From the IMG/VR virus record IMGVR_UViG_3300009093_000038: a DNA stretch of 64,000 nucleotides; one strand, written 5' to 3'. This DNA comes from an uncultured virus (IMG/VR IMGVR_UViG_3300009093_000038). Taxonomy: Duplodnaviria; Heunggongvirae; Uroviricota; Caudoviricetes. The translations under genes and the position numbers were made by a program. This document shows, in pieces, positions 54,157-63,742 of this stretch. The notes below the pieces were generated by a model that saw only the letters and a program-made list of their open reading frames with translations, was not told the DNA's origin and did no database searches. Numbering within the stretch: position 1 is the stretch's first letter; each line of letters begins with the position of its first letter.

Positions 54157-55200
54157 GTGGAACGACAAGCGATTGAAGCACCGAGAAGATGTTTTGGCCT
54201 GGAGCAGAATCCAGAGAATGAGAATTGCCCGGCGTGTCCCCACCGAAAAGATTGTGAGAGTCTGATGGGACATTTGGTGGATCGCATCGAAGTGGACAAA
54301 GCGCGGTTTCAACTAATCCCTCCAGGACTTATTAAGCGCCTGAACATTCCCGATGTTTATGATTGGGACCCCGACATGATGAACATCGAAAAGGTTTACG
54401 CCTTCTGCCACAAATGGGTTTTCGGAATGGAGCCTTTGAGAAACATCGGTAATCATCGCAAGCTGATTCTCCGGCGCGTGCGCGAGGCTAATACTTCCAT
54501 CAAGATGTTTTTCCTGGCGAACATGTTCGGCTGGAGGGAGAGCCGGGCACACCAGATATTCAGCCCAGTGGTCTTGACGAGGGATATGGCGGTTGGTCAG
54601 GTAAAGACCTTTGCTTCGGTTTGTCACAACAAATACGGTGCGTTTGATACCAGCGGGCTTGACCTCCTGATGAAGTCCGAAGCTGCCACTCAGGACTTTG
54701 AAAGTCATTTGTTAAACTCCGAGATCGCGACAGGAAGCTGGATCGTCGGCTATAAGCTGTTTCACCAGGGGAATATCATCGAGAACATTTACCGGGAGAT
54801 TGAGATCGAGCTGCATCCCTGGTGGCTGGCCACCGAGGAGTCTTACTTCAACCAGATTTTGAAACCGCATCTGGATAACCCGGATGCGTGCGACGACCAG
54901 GTAATTAAAAAGCATCGCTGGAATGCGCTGCAAGTGCGCGGACGATTGTTGCGTGAACCTCGGCGCGCTTTGCACGTTTTTTCGCGCAGGCAAGTGGTGG
55001 CAAAAAACGCCATACTGAAAGTTTTGGGAATGCGCGGGCTAAGACCCGAGCACTTTTTAATGGAAGACATCCCCGTTGTAAACATGTTCAAGTTCTGGGC
55101 GCGCCTGGGCCAGGCGGTCCAGCACTACGAGTGCTTGAAATATGTTGAAGGTTTTCCGTCCGCGTTCGACGCGAAAATTCGTTCTGCCTTAACACTCTGA
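54157..55200 (+). CDS. Hypothetical protein upstream of the helicase
   Basis: GTG start; N-terminal CFG...CPAC...C cluster. Confidence 0.65.
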   Translation: MERQAIEAPRRCFGLEQNPENENCPACPHRKDCESLMGHLVDRIEVDKARFQLIPPGLIKRLNIPDVYDWDPDMMNIEKVYAFCHKWVFGMEPLRNIGNHRKLILRRVREANTSIKMFFLANMFGWRESRAHQIFSPVVLTRDMAVGQVKTFASVCHNKYGAFDTSGLDLLMKSEAATQDFESHLLNSEIATGSWIVGYKLFHQGNIIENIYREIEIELHPWWLATEESYFNQILKPHLDNPDACDDQVIKKHRWNALQVRGRLLREPRRALHVFSRRQVVAKNAILKVLGMRGLRPEHFLMEDIPVVNMFKFWARLGQAVQHYECLKYVEGFPSAFDAKIRSALTL

Positions 55201-55202
55201 CG

Positions 55203-56624
55203 ATGTACGATAAATACAGCTTCACGACAGACCTTCAGGACGCAATTCTGGCGTGCATGGTGGCGCATCCCGCCAAATTCATGTCCTACCAGCAGACGCT
55301 CAACACCGCGTACTTCACCGGTGTCCAGAGAATTTCTGCTGCCCGAGCTATCTTCGCTTACTGGCGCAAGCACACCCGGTTTCCAAGTTGGGACGTGCTG
55401 GCTGACGTGGTTTTCGACGCGATCATGCGGACCTCCGAGGAAAAGGAGTCGCAGTCGATCATGGAGTACGTCAACCGGCTGCGCGGCATGGACACCGGCG
55501 ACGCGGACTACGTGGCCAGCAAGGTCGTCGAATTCGCCAAGGAGCGGGCGCTGTACCTGGCGGTCAGTGAATCGGCCAAGGCTCTGGAAGCTAATGAGAC
55601 TCCGCCGAAAGGTTTCATCTCGCTGTTTGAGGACGCGTTGAAGGTCGGGCAGAACCTCGGCGACATGGGCTATATCATTGGCCCAGAGAAAAACGACATC
55701 CAGAAGATCGTTAGTGAGTACACTGCTGAGGGCTACTCCATCTCCACAGGTTTTCCAGAGTTGGATAAAATCCTTCCGGCAGGCGGCATGGAGCCGGGAT
55801 GGCTCATTTCTATTCTGGCTCCTCCGAAGCGATACAAGACGACTTTCTGCATCAACATGGCGATGCGGATCGCCGGGCGCGCCATCTCCAGGCCGGTGTT
55901 TTACTATCCCTGCGAAATCACGCAGAAGCTGGCCGGTGTGCGCGCTCTTTGTAACCTGACCGGTCTGTCGATGGATTACGTGCGTAAGAATCCCAAGCAT
56001 TTCACGGAGTCAGCGCTGGCGGAAGCTGAGGACAAGCTTGGTGCAAGTCTGCTCATTAAAGGTTATCCATCTCGTGGTGCCACGATCAGTGGTGACATCC
56101 GGCTGCACGCCATGAACTCGCGGCAGCAGCTCGGAATGGAGCCAGGGGCCATCTTCATCGACTTCGCGGAAACCGTGAAACCAAGCTCAGACCCCAAGCG
56201 GACGAGCGAGCACCGCGCCCAGGGTGAAATTTATATCGAGGCCCGCGCCCTGGCGGCAGAGATGAATTGCCCTGTGATCCTGCCGGATCGTTGCAACAAG
56301 GAAACAGTCGGACGCGCCGTGCCGAGCATGAAAAGCTTTCAGGGCAGCTTCGAGAAGGCAGGTATCGTGGATTTGGCGATTGGCCTGTGCTCCTCAGAGG
56401 AGGAGTACATGATGAACGTCATCCGCTACTTTGTGTTCCTCAACCGCCACGGTGAAGCTAATCAGCACTTTCGCGGTACGATCACGGCCAAGACCATGAC
56501 GATGACTATGGACGAGAAGATACCGTGGAATCCAGAGGACGAAGACAATGACGGAGGGAGAGAGGGCGGCGGCCACAGGAGAAGGGGACCACGCAGACCG
56601 CCGCCCGAGAGGATCGACGAATGA
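55203..56624 (+). CDS. dnaB: DnaB/gp41-like replicative helicase
   Basis: ISTGFPELDKIL, APPKRYKTT (variant Walker A), IFIDFAE, LNRHG. Confidence 0.88.
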   Translation: MYDKYSFTTDLQDAILACMVAHPAKFMSYQQTLNTAYFTGVQRISAARAIFAYWRKHTRFPSWDVLADVVFDAIMRTSEEKESQSIMEYVNRLRGMDTGDADYVASKVVEFAKERALYLAVSESAKALEANETPPKGFISLFEDALKVGQNLGDMGYIIGPEKNDIQKIVSEYTAEGYSISTGFPELDKILPAGGMEPGWLISILAPPKRYKTTFCINMAMRIAGRAISRPVFYYPCEITQKLAGVRALCNLTGLSMDYVRKNPKHFTESALAEAEDKLGASLLIKGYPSRGATISGDIRLHAMNSRQQLGMEPGAIFIDFAETVKPSSDPKRTSEHRAQGEIYIEARALAAEMNCPVILPDRCNKETVGRAVPSMKSFQGSFEKAGIVDLAIGLCSSEEEYMMNVIRYFVFLNRHGEANQHFRGTITAKTMTMTMDEKIPWNPEDEDNDGGREGGGHRRRGPRRPPPERIDE

Positions 56625-56876
56625 TCAGGCTTTGGCTTTTTCGGCGCGGATCAGTCTCCAGCGTTTGCGCTGAGCTGCCGCGATCTTGCGACGGGCGCTG
56701 GCCGACATGGTGCGGGTCGGCGCGATGATGTTGGGAGTGACACGAACTAGCTCGTTAAATTCGTGTTGCAGGCCGTCGATCTTTTCGCGCAGGTCGGCAG
56801 CTTGGCGCAGTTTAGCGGACGAGAGCGTCATGAGAATGTTGCCGTGTCCGTTGTGAGTTGTGGTCTTTGTTTTCAT
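56625..56876 (-). CDS. Small basic nucleoid-protein-like protein
   Basis: N-terminal coiled coil plus MSASARRKIAAAQRKRW. Confidence 0.65.
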   Translation of the reverse strand: MKTKTTTHNGHGNILMTLSSAKLRQAADLREKIDGLQHEFNELVRVTPNIIAPTRTMSASARRKIAAAQRKRWRLIRAEKAKA

Positions 56877-56907
56877 TTATTTTGATGTGTATAAACTACG
56901 GAGCAAA

Positions 56908-56936
56908 AAAGTAAACAAATTCGCTTTAACCGTCAA
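56908..56936 (-). promoter_or_regulatory. Sigma70-type promoter
   Basis: TTGACG-N17-TACTTT. Confidence 0.55.
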
Positions 56937-56987
56937 TACCCAAGTTGCATATTCGTCTCAGAGTATTTTAGTTCTACAAACCAACGT

Positions 56988-57590
56988 ATGGCATATTCTC
57001 AAAACAACGAAGAAGAAGTAATCCTCCAGTTACTCACTGAATCCGGCGTTTCTATTGGTCGTTTTCTGGATATTGGGGCTTACGACGGCAAGGCTTTCTC
57101 CAACACAATGCGTCTCACCGAACTCGGATGGGGCGGCGTTTGCGTCGAACCTTCACCCAGTGTATTTCCGGCTTTGATGAAGCTTCACGGTCAGAATCCG
57201 AACATTGACTTGGTCCAGGCGGCCATCAGCCCTTCCTCAACTCTGGTGGAGTTTTACGACTCAGGCGGGGACGCGATCTCTACTACTTCGGCGAACCACC
57301 GGGACAAGTGGCAGCGGGGCTGGAACGTGAATTACACGAAGTTTTTTGTCTTCACCCTTCCGTTGTCCGTGTTGTTTGCACGCTTTGGATTCAACTTCCA
57401 GTTCATCAACATCGACGTTGAGTCAACCAACTGGAGTATTTTCGAAAATCTTCCTTTCGCGCTGCTCACGGCGACACGGGTCATCTGTGTGGAGCACGAC
57501 AACCACATTGACCAGATGGCCAGCCTGGCCGCGCCTTACGGTTATCGGATCGCGCACACAAATGGCGAGAACCTTATCCTGGCGCGATGA
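56988..57590 (+). CDS. FkbM family methyltransferase
   Basis: YSQNNEE, FLDIGAYDG, VEP, INIDVE. Confidence 0.88.
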   Translation: MAYSQNNEEEVILQLLTESGVSIGRFLDIGAYDGKAFSNTMRLTELGWGGVCVEPSPSVFPALMKLHGQNPNIDLVQAAISPSSTLVEFYDSGGDAISTTSANHRDKWQRGWNVNYTKFFVFTLPLSVLFARFGFNFQFINIDVESTNWSIFENLPFALLTATRVICVEHDNHIDQMASLAAPYGYRIAHTNGENLILAR

Positions 57591-58276
57591 AAGTCATCAG
57601 TTTTTCTGCCTGGGGCCGCGATCCTGCCTTTTATCAGGGCGCTTTGGCTAACGTTGAGCTGGCGAAGAAGATTTATCCCGATTGGACGTGTTGGTTTTTC
57701 GTGGATCACGACACGCCGTTGAGCATGGTTACGCCCCTCATCGACAACGGGGCCATGGTCTATTGGCGAAGCATTATGAGTGGACCATGGGAGGGGCTGT
57801 TTTGGAGGTTCGAGCCGATCTCTGATCCGTTCGTCACGCACACGATCGTACGGGACTGTGACAGCCGGGTGAATCCCAGAGAAGCTGCTGCCGTCGCTCA
57901 GTGGCTCGCGTCTGGCAAGATGTTTCACGTCATGCGTGATCATTACGAGCACAACGTTCCCATCATGGGCGGAATGTTCGGATCGCTGCACTGGCCTCTG
58001 ATGGAGACCTTCATGAAGGAGTGGAAGGATTTCGGCAGCAAAGGCTGTGACCAGCGTTTTCTGGCTGAGCGCGTGTGGCCTACCGTTAAGCGTTCTACTA
58101 TCGGGCACGACCGCTACGCTCAGGGGCTTTCCATGCCAAACCGCGACGGAGTTGGCACATACGAGTATAAGCCGCTGGAACAGTTGGGTGATCACGACCT
58201 GCGGTTCTTTCCAGACCATGACATCTTTGATCCGGTTGTGTTTGGAGAACACGTCGGCGCACGCGTAGGAATCTGA
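57587..58276 (+). CDS. Glycosyltransferase-like protein
   Basis: KVISFSAWG, FWRF, VRDCDSR, DQRFL. Confidence 0.6.
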   Translation: MKVISFSAWGRDPAFYQGALANVELAKKIYPDWTCWFFVDHDTPLSMVTPLIDNGAMVYWRSIMSGPWEGLFWRFEPISDPFVTHTIVRDCDSRVNPREAAAVAQWLASGKMFHVMRDHYEHNVPIMGGMFGSLHWPLMETFMKEWKDFGSKGCDQRFLAERVWPTVKRSTIGHDRYAQGLSMPNRDGVGTYEYKPLEQLGDHDLRFFPDHDIFDPVVFGEHVGARVGI

Positions 58277-58875
58277 TGAATCACAGGTACAAATTTCGTG
58301 TTGATGACATCAGCCTGAACACTGACGCTCTCAAACTGGCGGCGATGATCGCCTTCCTTCAGGATTACTTTGGTCCTGAGTGGGTTGAGGTTGAACTGGC
58401 TGTTTCACCGGCAGTGTTCGACATGTCGAACTACGAGGGCCTGGAGAAGGAGCGCGCTTTCCCGGCCACTTTGAATCGTGAAGCGGACTTTCGGAAGTTT
58501 TACCGGGTGGAGAAAGTTGGCGTTCCTGAGTTTATCTGGGAGTACCGAAGCAAAGGGCCTTTTTTCACCATCTCAGCTCATGGCATGGTCCACGTCGATC
58601 ATCGCCTGCTGTCAGGGAAGGCCCAAGAGCTGAGCATCGTGACTTCCTGTGCGCTGACGAAATCAGATTCGTTCGTTCCTCCGTTCCACAAGTGGAATGA
58701 GAAAACCGAAGCCGCGTGCCAAAGGAACCGAATCCATCTGGAGAAGCTGGAGTCCGTGAACACGAGCCACCTGCTGTACCACAAGTTTGATCCTAACACC
58801 TACCACTATTACTTCCACACCCATGACTTCACCTACGAACAATTCGTCCAGCGTTTTTCATCGCCTCCTCATTGA
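58276..58875 (+). CDS. Polysaccharide deacetylase-like protein
   Basis: FRVDD, HGMVH, FVPP motifs. Confidence 0.65.
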   Translation: MNHRYKFRVDDISLNTDALKLAAMIAFLQDYFGPEWVEVELAVSPAVFDMSNYEGLEKERAFPATLNREADFRKFYRVEKVGVPEFIWEYRSKGPFFTISAHGMVHVDHRLLSGKAQELSIVTSCALTKSDSFVPPFHKWNEKTEAACQRNRIHLEKLESVNTSHLLYHKFDPNTYHYYFHTHDFTYEQFVQRFSSPPH

Positions 58876-59470
58876 CGAGAATGGCATTGATAAAGCCACT
58901 GGTTTTAGTCAGGAGGGTCAGGACCAGCGCTTTCGCGTCATTCTCAATCGGTGTCTTCGCACGCCCATAACCGGTAAGAAGATTCTGGATTACGGATGCA
59001 ACGTAGGCGGTCTCCTGGATTACGTCTGGCCGCACGGAGAGTATCCGGTTCAGTTAGATTATACCGGTGTTGATCTCGTGCCTGAGTTTTTGGTGAGGCT
59101 TAAAGATAAGTTTCCAACAGCCAAAACGTTCGTGGGCACGGTTTCCGATGATGACGATTTTGCTCATCTCAAGAGTCAGGGGCCTTACGATTACACGATT
59201 GCTTCAGGGGCTTTTTGCTACGCAGATCAAAAATCTGAGCACAAGCTGATGTTGCAAAGGCTGTGGGAGTTGACCTCGGACACTCTGGTCGTGAATTTTC
59301 TGAGCAGCTATGTTTCGACTGAACGACGCACGTCGAAGATCGTTCATGTTTTGTATCCGCCGTATTTCGGCATCGTGGTGGCTGAGAGTTTGAGCTGCAA
59401 GTTTTTCACCTTACAGCACGACTACCGGGAAAATGATTTCACATTGACGCTCTATCGAAAATCAGCATGA
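58823..59470 (+). CDS. Class I SAM-dependent methyltransferase
   Basis: ILDYGCNVG, YTGVDL, YDYTIASG; start uncertain. Confidence 0.85.
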   Translation: MTSPTNNSSSVFHRLLIDENGIDKATGFSQEGQDQRFRVILNRCLRTPITGKKILDYGCNVGGLLDYVWPHGEYPVQLDYTGVDLVPEFLVRLKDKFPTAKTFVGTVSDDDDFAHLKSQGPYDYTIASGAFCYADQKSEHKLMLQRLWELTSDTLVVNFLSSYVSTERRTSKIVHVLYPPYFGIVVAESLSCKFFTLQHDYRENDFTLTLYRKSA

Positions 59471-60033
59471 GGGTCGCCATCCATCAGCCCAACTTCATGC
59501 CCTGGCTGCCATTTTTTGAGAAGATGGCTGCGGTGGATCGGTTCGTGATTCTTTCCCGTTGCCAGTTTGAGAAGGGAAAGTACCAGAATCGCTTTCGATT
59601 CAATGAGGCGTGGTACACCATGAGTGTTAATCACGGGATGGACCCGATCATTGAAAAAGTTTACACGCGCCCGCAGGAGGACTGGCAGAAGATTAAAACT
59701 CGCCTGCCCCAGTTCGAAAAAGTCTTCGGCCAGTTTGACGAGTGCATCGGTCACCGGCTTTGGCTGACCAATTTCAGGATCATTTTGAAAATGGCGAAGA
59801 TGTTGGGGATCACGACCGAGATCATTCTCGATCCCATCACTTCGTTAAAGGGCACCGACCGTCTGGTTGAGATTTGCCGGGCGCTGGAAGCCGATACCTA
59901 TCTGGCCGGGCAGAGCGGGGCGCACTACATGGAACCAGAGAAGTTTGCCGCTGCTGGCATCAAAGTGGAAAATCAGGACCTGTCGAAGGCTGACAAACGT
60001 CATTCTCTGGAAAAGCTGCATGAACTCATTTGA
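59467..60033 (+). CDS. WbqC family protein
   Basis: IHQPNFMPW, YQNR, RLVEIC, YLAG. Confidence 0.88.
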   Translation: MRVAIHQPNFMPWLPFFEKMAAVDRFVILSRCQFEKGKYQNRFRFNEAWYTMSVNHGMDPIIEKVYTRPQEDWQKIKTRLPQFEKVFGQFDECIGHRLWLTNFRIILKMAKMLGITTEIILDPITSLKGTDRLVEICRALEADTYLAGQSGAHYMEPEKFAAAGIKVENQDLSKADKRHSLEKLHELI

Positions 60034-60805
60034 TCGTGTTATTTTAAGCTGTGATCCAAATCCAAAGTTCTTGGATTTCTGGCCGGTGGTGGCGCAGGCA
60101 TGGCAGAAGCTTTTCGGCGTCTCGGTCCGTCTGGCTTTGGTTGCGGACATCAAGGCTTTTCCGGCACCGCAACTTTACGCTTACGGGCCGGTAGATTATC
60201 TCCCGCCTGTTGAAGGCATCCCCGTAGCCAACCAGGCGAAGGTGGCGCGCTACTGGGTGGCTGCCGCTATGCAGGACGATCACGTCACGATGATCAATGA
60301 CATCGACCTGCTGCCTCTTTCCAAAGACTACGTGAATACGCTTTTGGGGAATCGTCCCAAAGGCACTCTGGTCACTCTGGGAGCAGAGCTGTATCGAGGC
60401 GTGGAAAAGGGCAAGCACATGGCCGGTTACCTCACGGGGGAGACGAGCGTGTTCAAGCAGATGGTGAATCCAAAGGGTCTCGGCTGGACTGACTGGGTGC
60501 GCAGCTTTTCAGGTCTCCAGCGCTTCGATCACAAGGAAGACATTTCCAATCCAACGAACAGCGAGAACCCGGATTGTTTCTCTGATGAGTCGCTGCTGCG
60601 CTATCTCCAGTGGATAAACCCGGTTCCTTTTGAGAATCGCCGTATGCCGTTCTGGCCGTACACCGAGCAGGCGCTCGACCGAGCTGATTGGAAATTCGAT
60701 GCGCAGAAATTGAAAGATGGTGTTTACAAAGAGGCGCACCTGCCGCGTCCGTATTCGGAAAACGTGGACAAAATCAAGCCTCTTACTGACTACCTGGGAA
60801 TATGA
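60020..60805 (+). CDS. Glycosyltransferase-like hypothetical protein
   Basis: FWPVVAQAW, NDIDLLPL (DxD), SDE. Confidence 0.55.
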   Translation: MNSFDRVILSCDPNPKFLDFWPVVAQAWQKLFGVSVRLALVADIKAFPAPQLYAYGPVDYLPPVEGIPVANQAKVARYWVAAAMQDDHVTMINDIDLLPLSKDYVNTLLGNRPKGTLVTLGAELYRGVEKGKHMAGYLTGETSVFKQMVNPKGLGWTDWVRSFSGLQRFDHKEDISNPTNSENPDCFSDESLLRYLQWINPVPFENRRMPFWPYTEQALDRADWKFDAQKLKDGVYKEAHLPRPYSENVDKIKPLTDYLGI

Positions 60806-61029
60806 CGAAAGATGATAAGTTGACATTGTTTTTAGGACAGCTCGCAGATCGCAGAGATGAGCTGGACCCGAAGCCGTCTGTTAAGGAATATGGTTTTGCC
60901 GATGACTGCCGATTCGCTATGAGCCTGTCTCCGCGAATGCGTGATTATGCCCTGGCGATCTTCGAGAAGTACGGGAAGCAGCTTGGCTGGCGCTCGCTTG
61001 ACGAGCCTCCGCGCCCTCAGAGACGATAG
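60802..61029 (+). CDS. Hypothetical protein
   Basis: 75-aa coupled ORF. Confidence 0.5.
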   Translation: MTKDDKLTLFLGQLADRRDELDPKPSVKEYGFADDCRFAMSLSPRMRDYALAIFEKYGKQLGWRSLDEPPRPQRR

Positions 61030-61032
61030 CCC

Positions 61033-61545
61033 ATGTTTTTCAACTACCAGGATTTTTACGCGCAGGTTGCGGCTCGTGCCGACTTCAAGACATTCGTGGA
61101 GCTTGGAGTTTACGCTGGTGATTCGCTGGCCTTCCTGCACAGCGCGCTTGAGAAGCGCGGCACTCCGTACACTCTTTGCGGGATCGACCTGTGGGAGGAG
61201 GGGTACGCAAGGACGGGTTATCATCGTCATCTGCCGCAAGGATTACGGCAAATGGTCGAGAAGCGATTTGAAGATGCGAAGTCAGTGTTCCTCGTCCAGG
61301 ATGAGTCAGCAGCGGCTGCTAGTCGTTTCACTGACCAGTCGGTTGATTTCGTATTCATTGATGCGAATCACAGCGAGGAATTCGTTACGCGTGACATCGC
61401 GGCGTGGCTGCCCAAAGTCAGACCTGGAGGAATGATCTCAGGTCACGACTTTCGTGAACCCTGCGGAGTGGAAGCGGCGGTCGTGAAGGCGTTCGGCGAA
61501 GGCAATTTTTCCGTGATCGGGACGGTCTGGCATAAAACCGTATGA
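61033..61545 (+). CDS. Class I SAM methyltransferase (Methyltransf_24-like)
   Basis: VELGVYAG, DFVFIDANH, PGGMISGHD. Confidence 0.9.
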   Translation: MFFNYQDFYAQVAARADFKTFVELGVYAGDSLAFLHSALEKRGTPYTLCGIDLWEEGYARTGYHRHLPQGLRQMVEKRFEDAKSVFLVQDESAAAASRFTDQSVDFVFIDANHSEEFVTRDIAAWLPKVRPGGMISGHDFREPCGVEAAVVKAFGEGNFSVIGTVWHKTV

Positions 61546-62411
61546 AGTGGCTGGTTATTCAATCTGACGGCGCACACAAGGGGCAGGACTCCTGGACGCC
61601 GAACTGGTACCTGCGTGAATGCTACAGCCTGGCTGATGCGCTGCGCAGCCAGGGCCATCAGGCCGACATCTGGGGAGCGGGCCACGGTAATTTTCATGTT
61701 CCTCCTGATTTCAACTCTTACGACGGCATCCTGTTGGTTGAGAATTATGATTTCGGTTGGATGCCGGAGTTCAGCGAGATCACCAAGCCGATTAAGGTTC
61801 AATGGATCATCGACCTGCACACGCAACCCTGGTCAAATTATCTGCGCTGGAGCCGAGATATGGACATGGTGATGCACTCCTCCATTCGGATGCTGGAGGA
61901 CTACGAGCGGCAGATGCCCAGTGCCAAGCACATCTGGTTTCCGAACGCCATTGACGACCGCTATTTCAATCTCGGAGTTGAGGAATTTCCGCGCACCACC
62001 GACATCCTGTTCATTGGCGGCAAAGGGTCTCGGGAAAAGACTATCGACCGAATGGTGGCCGAGGCTGGCATGACGTACGGCTACGGCATCACGGGAGCGT
62101 CTTACATCGACGCTCTGCGCCGGACCAAGATCGGATTCAACAAAAATCTCTCCTGGGACATCAACTACCGGACGTTTGAGACTATCGCGTGCGGAGCTTG
62201 CCTCTTGACCGAGCGGGATTGGGACCTGGAAAAGCTCGGTTTCGTTGACGGAAAGAATTGTGTTCTTTACGAGAGCGACAGCGGGGCGGTCGAGCGGACC
62301 AAAGACCTGCTTGGCAGTGGACAATGGCAAGGAATTGCTCGCGGCGGTTTGGAGCTGGCTAAGAGGCACAGCTACACGGAACGAATAAAATTACTGATCG
62401 GTCATCTATGA
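61542..62411 (+). CDS. GT-B glycosyltransferase (CgeB-like)
   Basis: DILFIG, KIGFN, INYRTFETIACG. Confidence 0.85.
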   Translation: MKWLVIQSDGAHKGQDSWTPNWYLRECYSLADALRSQGHQADIWGAGHGNFHVPPDFNSYDGILLVENYDFGWMPEFSEITKPIKVQWIIDLHTQPWSNYLRWSRDMDMVMHSSIRMLEDYERQMPSAKHIWFPNAIDDRYFNLGVEEFPRTTDILFIGGKGSREKTIDRMVAEAGMTYGYGITGASYIDALRRTKIGFNKNLSWDINYRTFETIACGACLLTERDWDLEKLGFVDGKNCVLYESDSGAVERTKDLLGSGQWQGIARGGLELAKRHSYTERIKLLIGHL

Positions 62412-63124
62412 ATAAAACCTGTGTTATCAATTTTGCAAAGGGCGCGTGGTATCCTCGTGGCCAGGCGCGCCTGGGCCAGTCTCTGAAGGATGTTGGCTAC
62501 GACGGAGACTATTACCCCTGGAACGATGAGCGGACGCTTTTGGTGCCTCCGCATGAGATGCAGCCGTATGCCTTCAAGATCGGTGCTTTCCAGGAGGCCA
62601 AGCGCCTCGGTTATCGAAGGATTCTCTGGTGCGACGCCGCCGTCTTTGCCATCAAGTCCATTCAGCCGATCTTCGATCACATCGAGCGCGAGGGTCACCT
62701 TTTTTTCCAGAGCGGATTCAACTGCGCCCAGTGGACGAGCGACGTGTGCCTGAACACCATGGGCGTCAGCCGGGACGAGGCGGAGAAGATGACCATGTAC
62801 ATGGCGTGCTGCATGGGTCTCAATCTCGATCATCCACGGTCAGTCGAGTTCCTGGATCGTCTGACGCATTACTCCATGACCGGCGTCTGCCTGCCGGGCG
62901 CTTGGCGCAACGAGAATCACGAAGTCTCGATGGACCCGCGCTGCCAGGGCCACCGTCATGACCAGAGCATCGGCAGCATTGTGGCCGCGCAGCTTGGCAT
63001 GGAGGTCATTGTGGCGCATCACAGCTATTTCGCCTATTACACGAAAGGCGTTTATCAATACGGACAACCAAACGATATGACGGACATCAAAGACAGTGTC
63101 GTCATGCTAACACAAGGAATGTAA
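62408..63124 (+). CDS. Glycosyltransferase-like protein
   Basis: YAFK, LWCDAA, HRHDQS. Confidence 0.6.
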   Translation: MNKTCVINFAKGAWYPRGQARLGQSLKDVGYDGDYYPWNDERTLLVPPHEMQPYAFKIGAFQEAKRLGYRRILWCDAAVFAIKSIQPIFDHIEREGHLFFQSGFNCAQWTSDVCLNTMGVSRDEAEKMTMYMACCMGLNLDHPRSVEFLDRLTHYSMTGVCLPGAWRNENHEVSMDPRCQGHRHDQSIGSIVAAQLGMEVIVAHHSYFAYYTKGVYQYGQPNDMTDIKDSVVMLTQGM

Positions 63125-63130
63125 ACAATT

Positions 63131-63742
63131 ATGGGCGTCGTACCTCACAGTCTCAGAATGCTTCAGACCCACATCGGCAGTGTGGGCGGTTTTAACGGAT
63201 GCCGGATGCTCGAACTGGGTGATCAGCAGATGTACTGTCATCACAACATCCCGGAAGCCAGCGCCGCGAAGTCCTACTTCGAGCAGCTTGGAGTGAAGCA
63301 CACGTCCGTTGACCTCAACGGGGAACTGGGCGCATTGCCGCTCAATCTTTCCACGCGGATCGACAACATTGACGGTGAAAACCTCTTTGATGTGGTCACT
63401 GATTTCGGCACTAGCGAGCACGTCGGGCCGGAAGTGAAGCACTTGCACGCCTGCCGCGAGAACGTTCACCGGTTCTGCCGACCGGGTGGCCTGATGATTT
63501 TCATGAACCCGAAGATCGGCAACTGGCCGGGCCATGGGTATCACTATTTCACGCTCCAGCACTATGCCAGCCTGGCCGCCGCCATGGGTTACACCATACT
63601 GGAGATTTCAGAACACCCGACTCTTGGAAACTCGGTCGATGGGTGGCAGATTCATGCTGCCCTGCTGAAGAACGGCGACGCGCCCTTCGTCAGCCTGGAA
63701 CAGTTTGATCAGCTTTGTCAGGGGACGGTGTTTCGGAAATGA
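63131..63742 (+). CDS. SAM-dependent methyltransferase
   Basis: MLELG, SVDLNG, FDVVTDFGTSEHV. Confidence 0.8.
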   Translation: MGVVPHSLRMLQTHIGSVGGFNGCRMLELGDQQMYCHHNIPEASAAKSYFEQLGVKHTSVDLNGELGALPLNLSTRIDNIDGENLFDVVTDFGTSEHVGPEVKHLHACRENVHRFCRPGGLMIFMNPKIGNWPGHGYHYFTLQHYASLAAAMGYTILEISEHPTLGNSVDGWQIHAALLKNGDAPFVSLEQFDQLCQGTVFRK

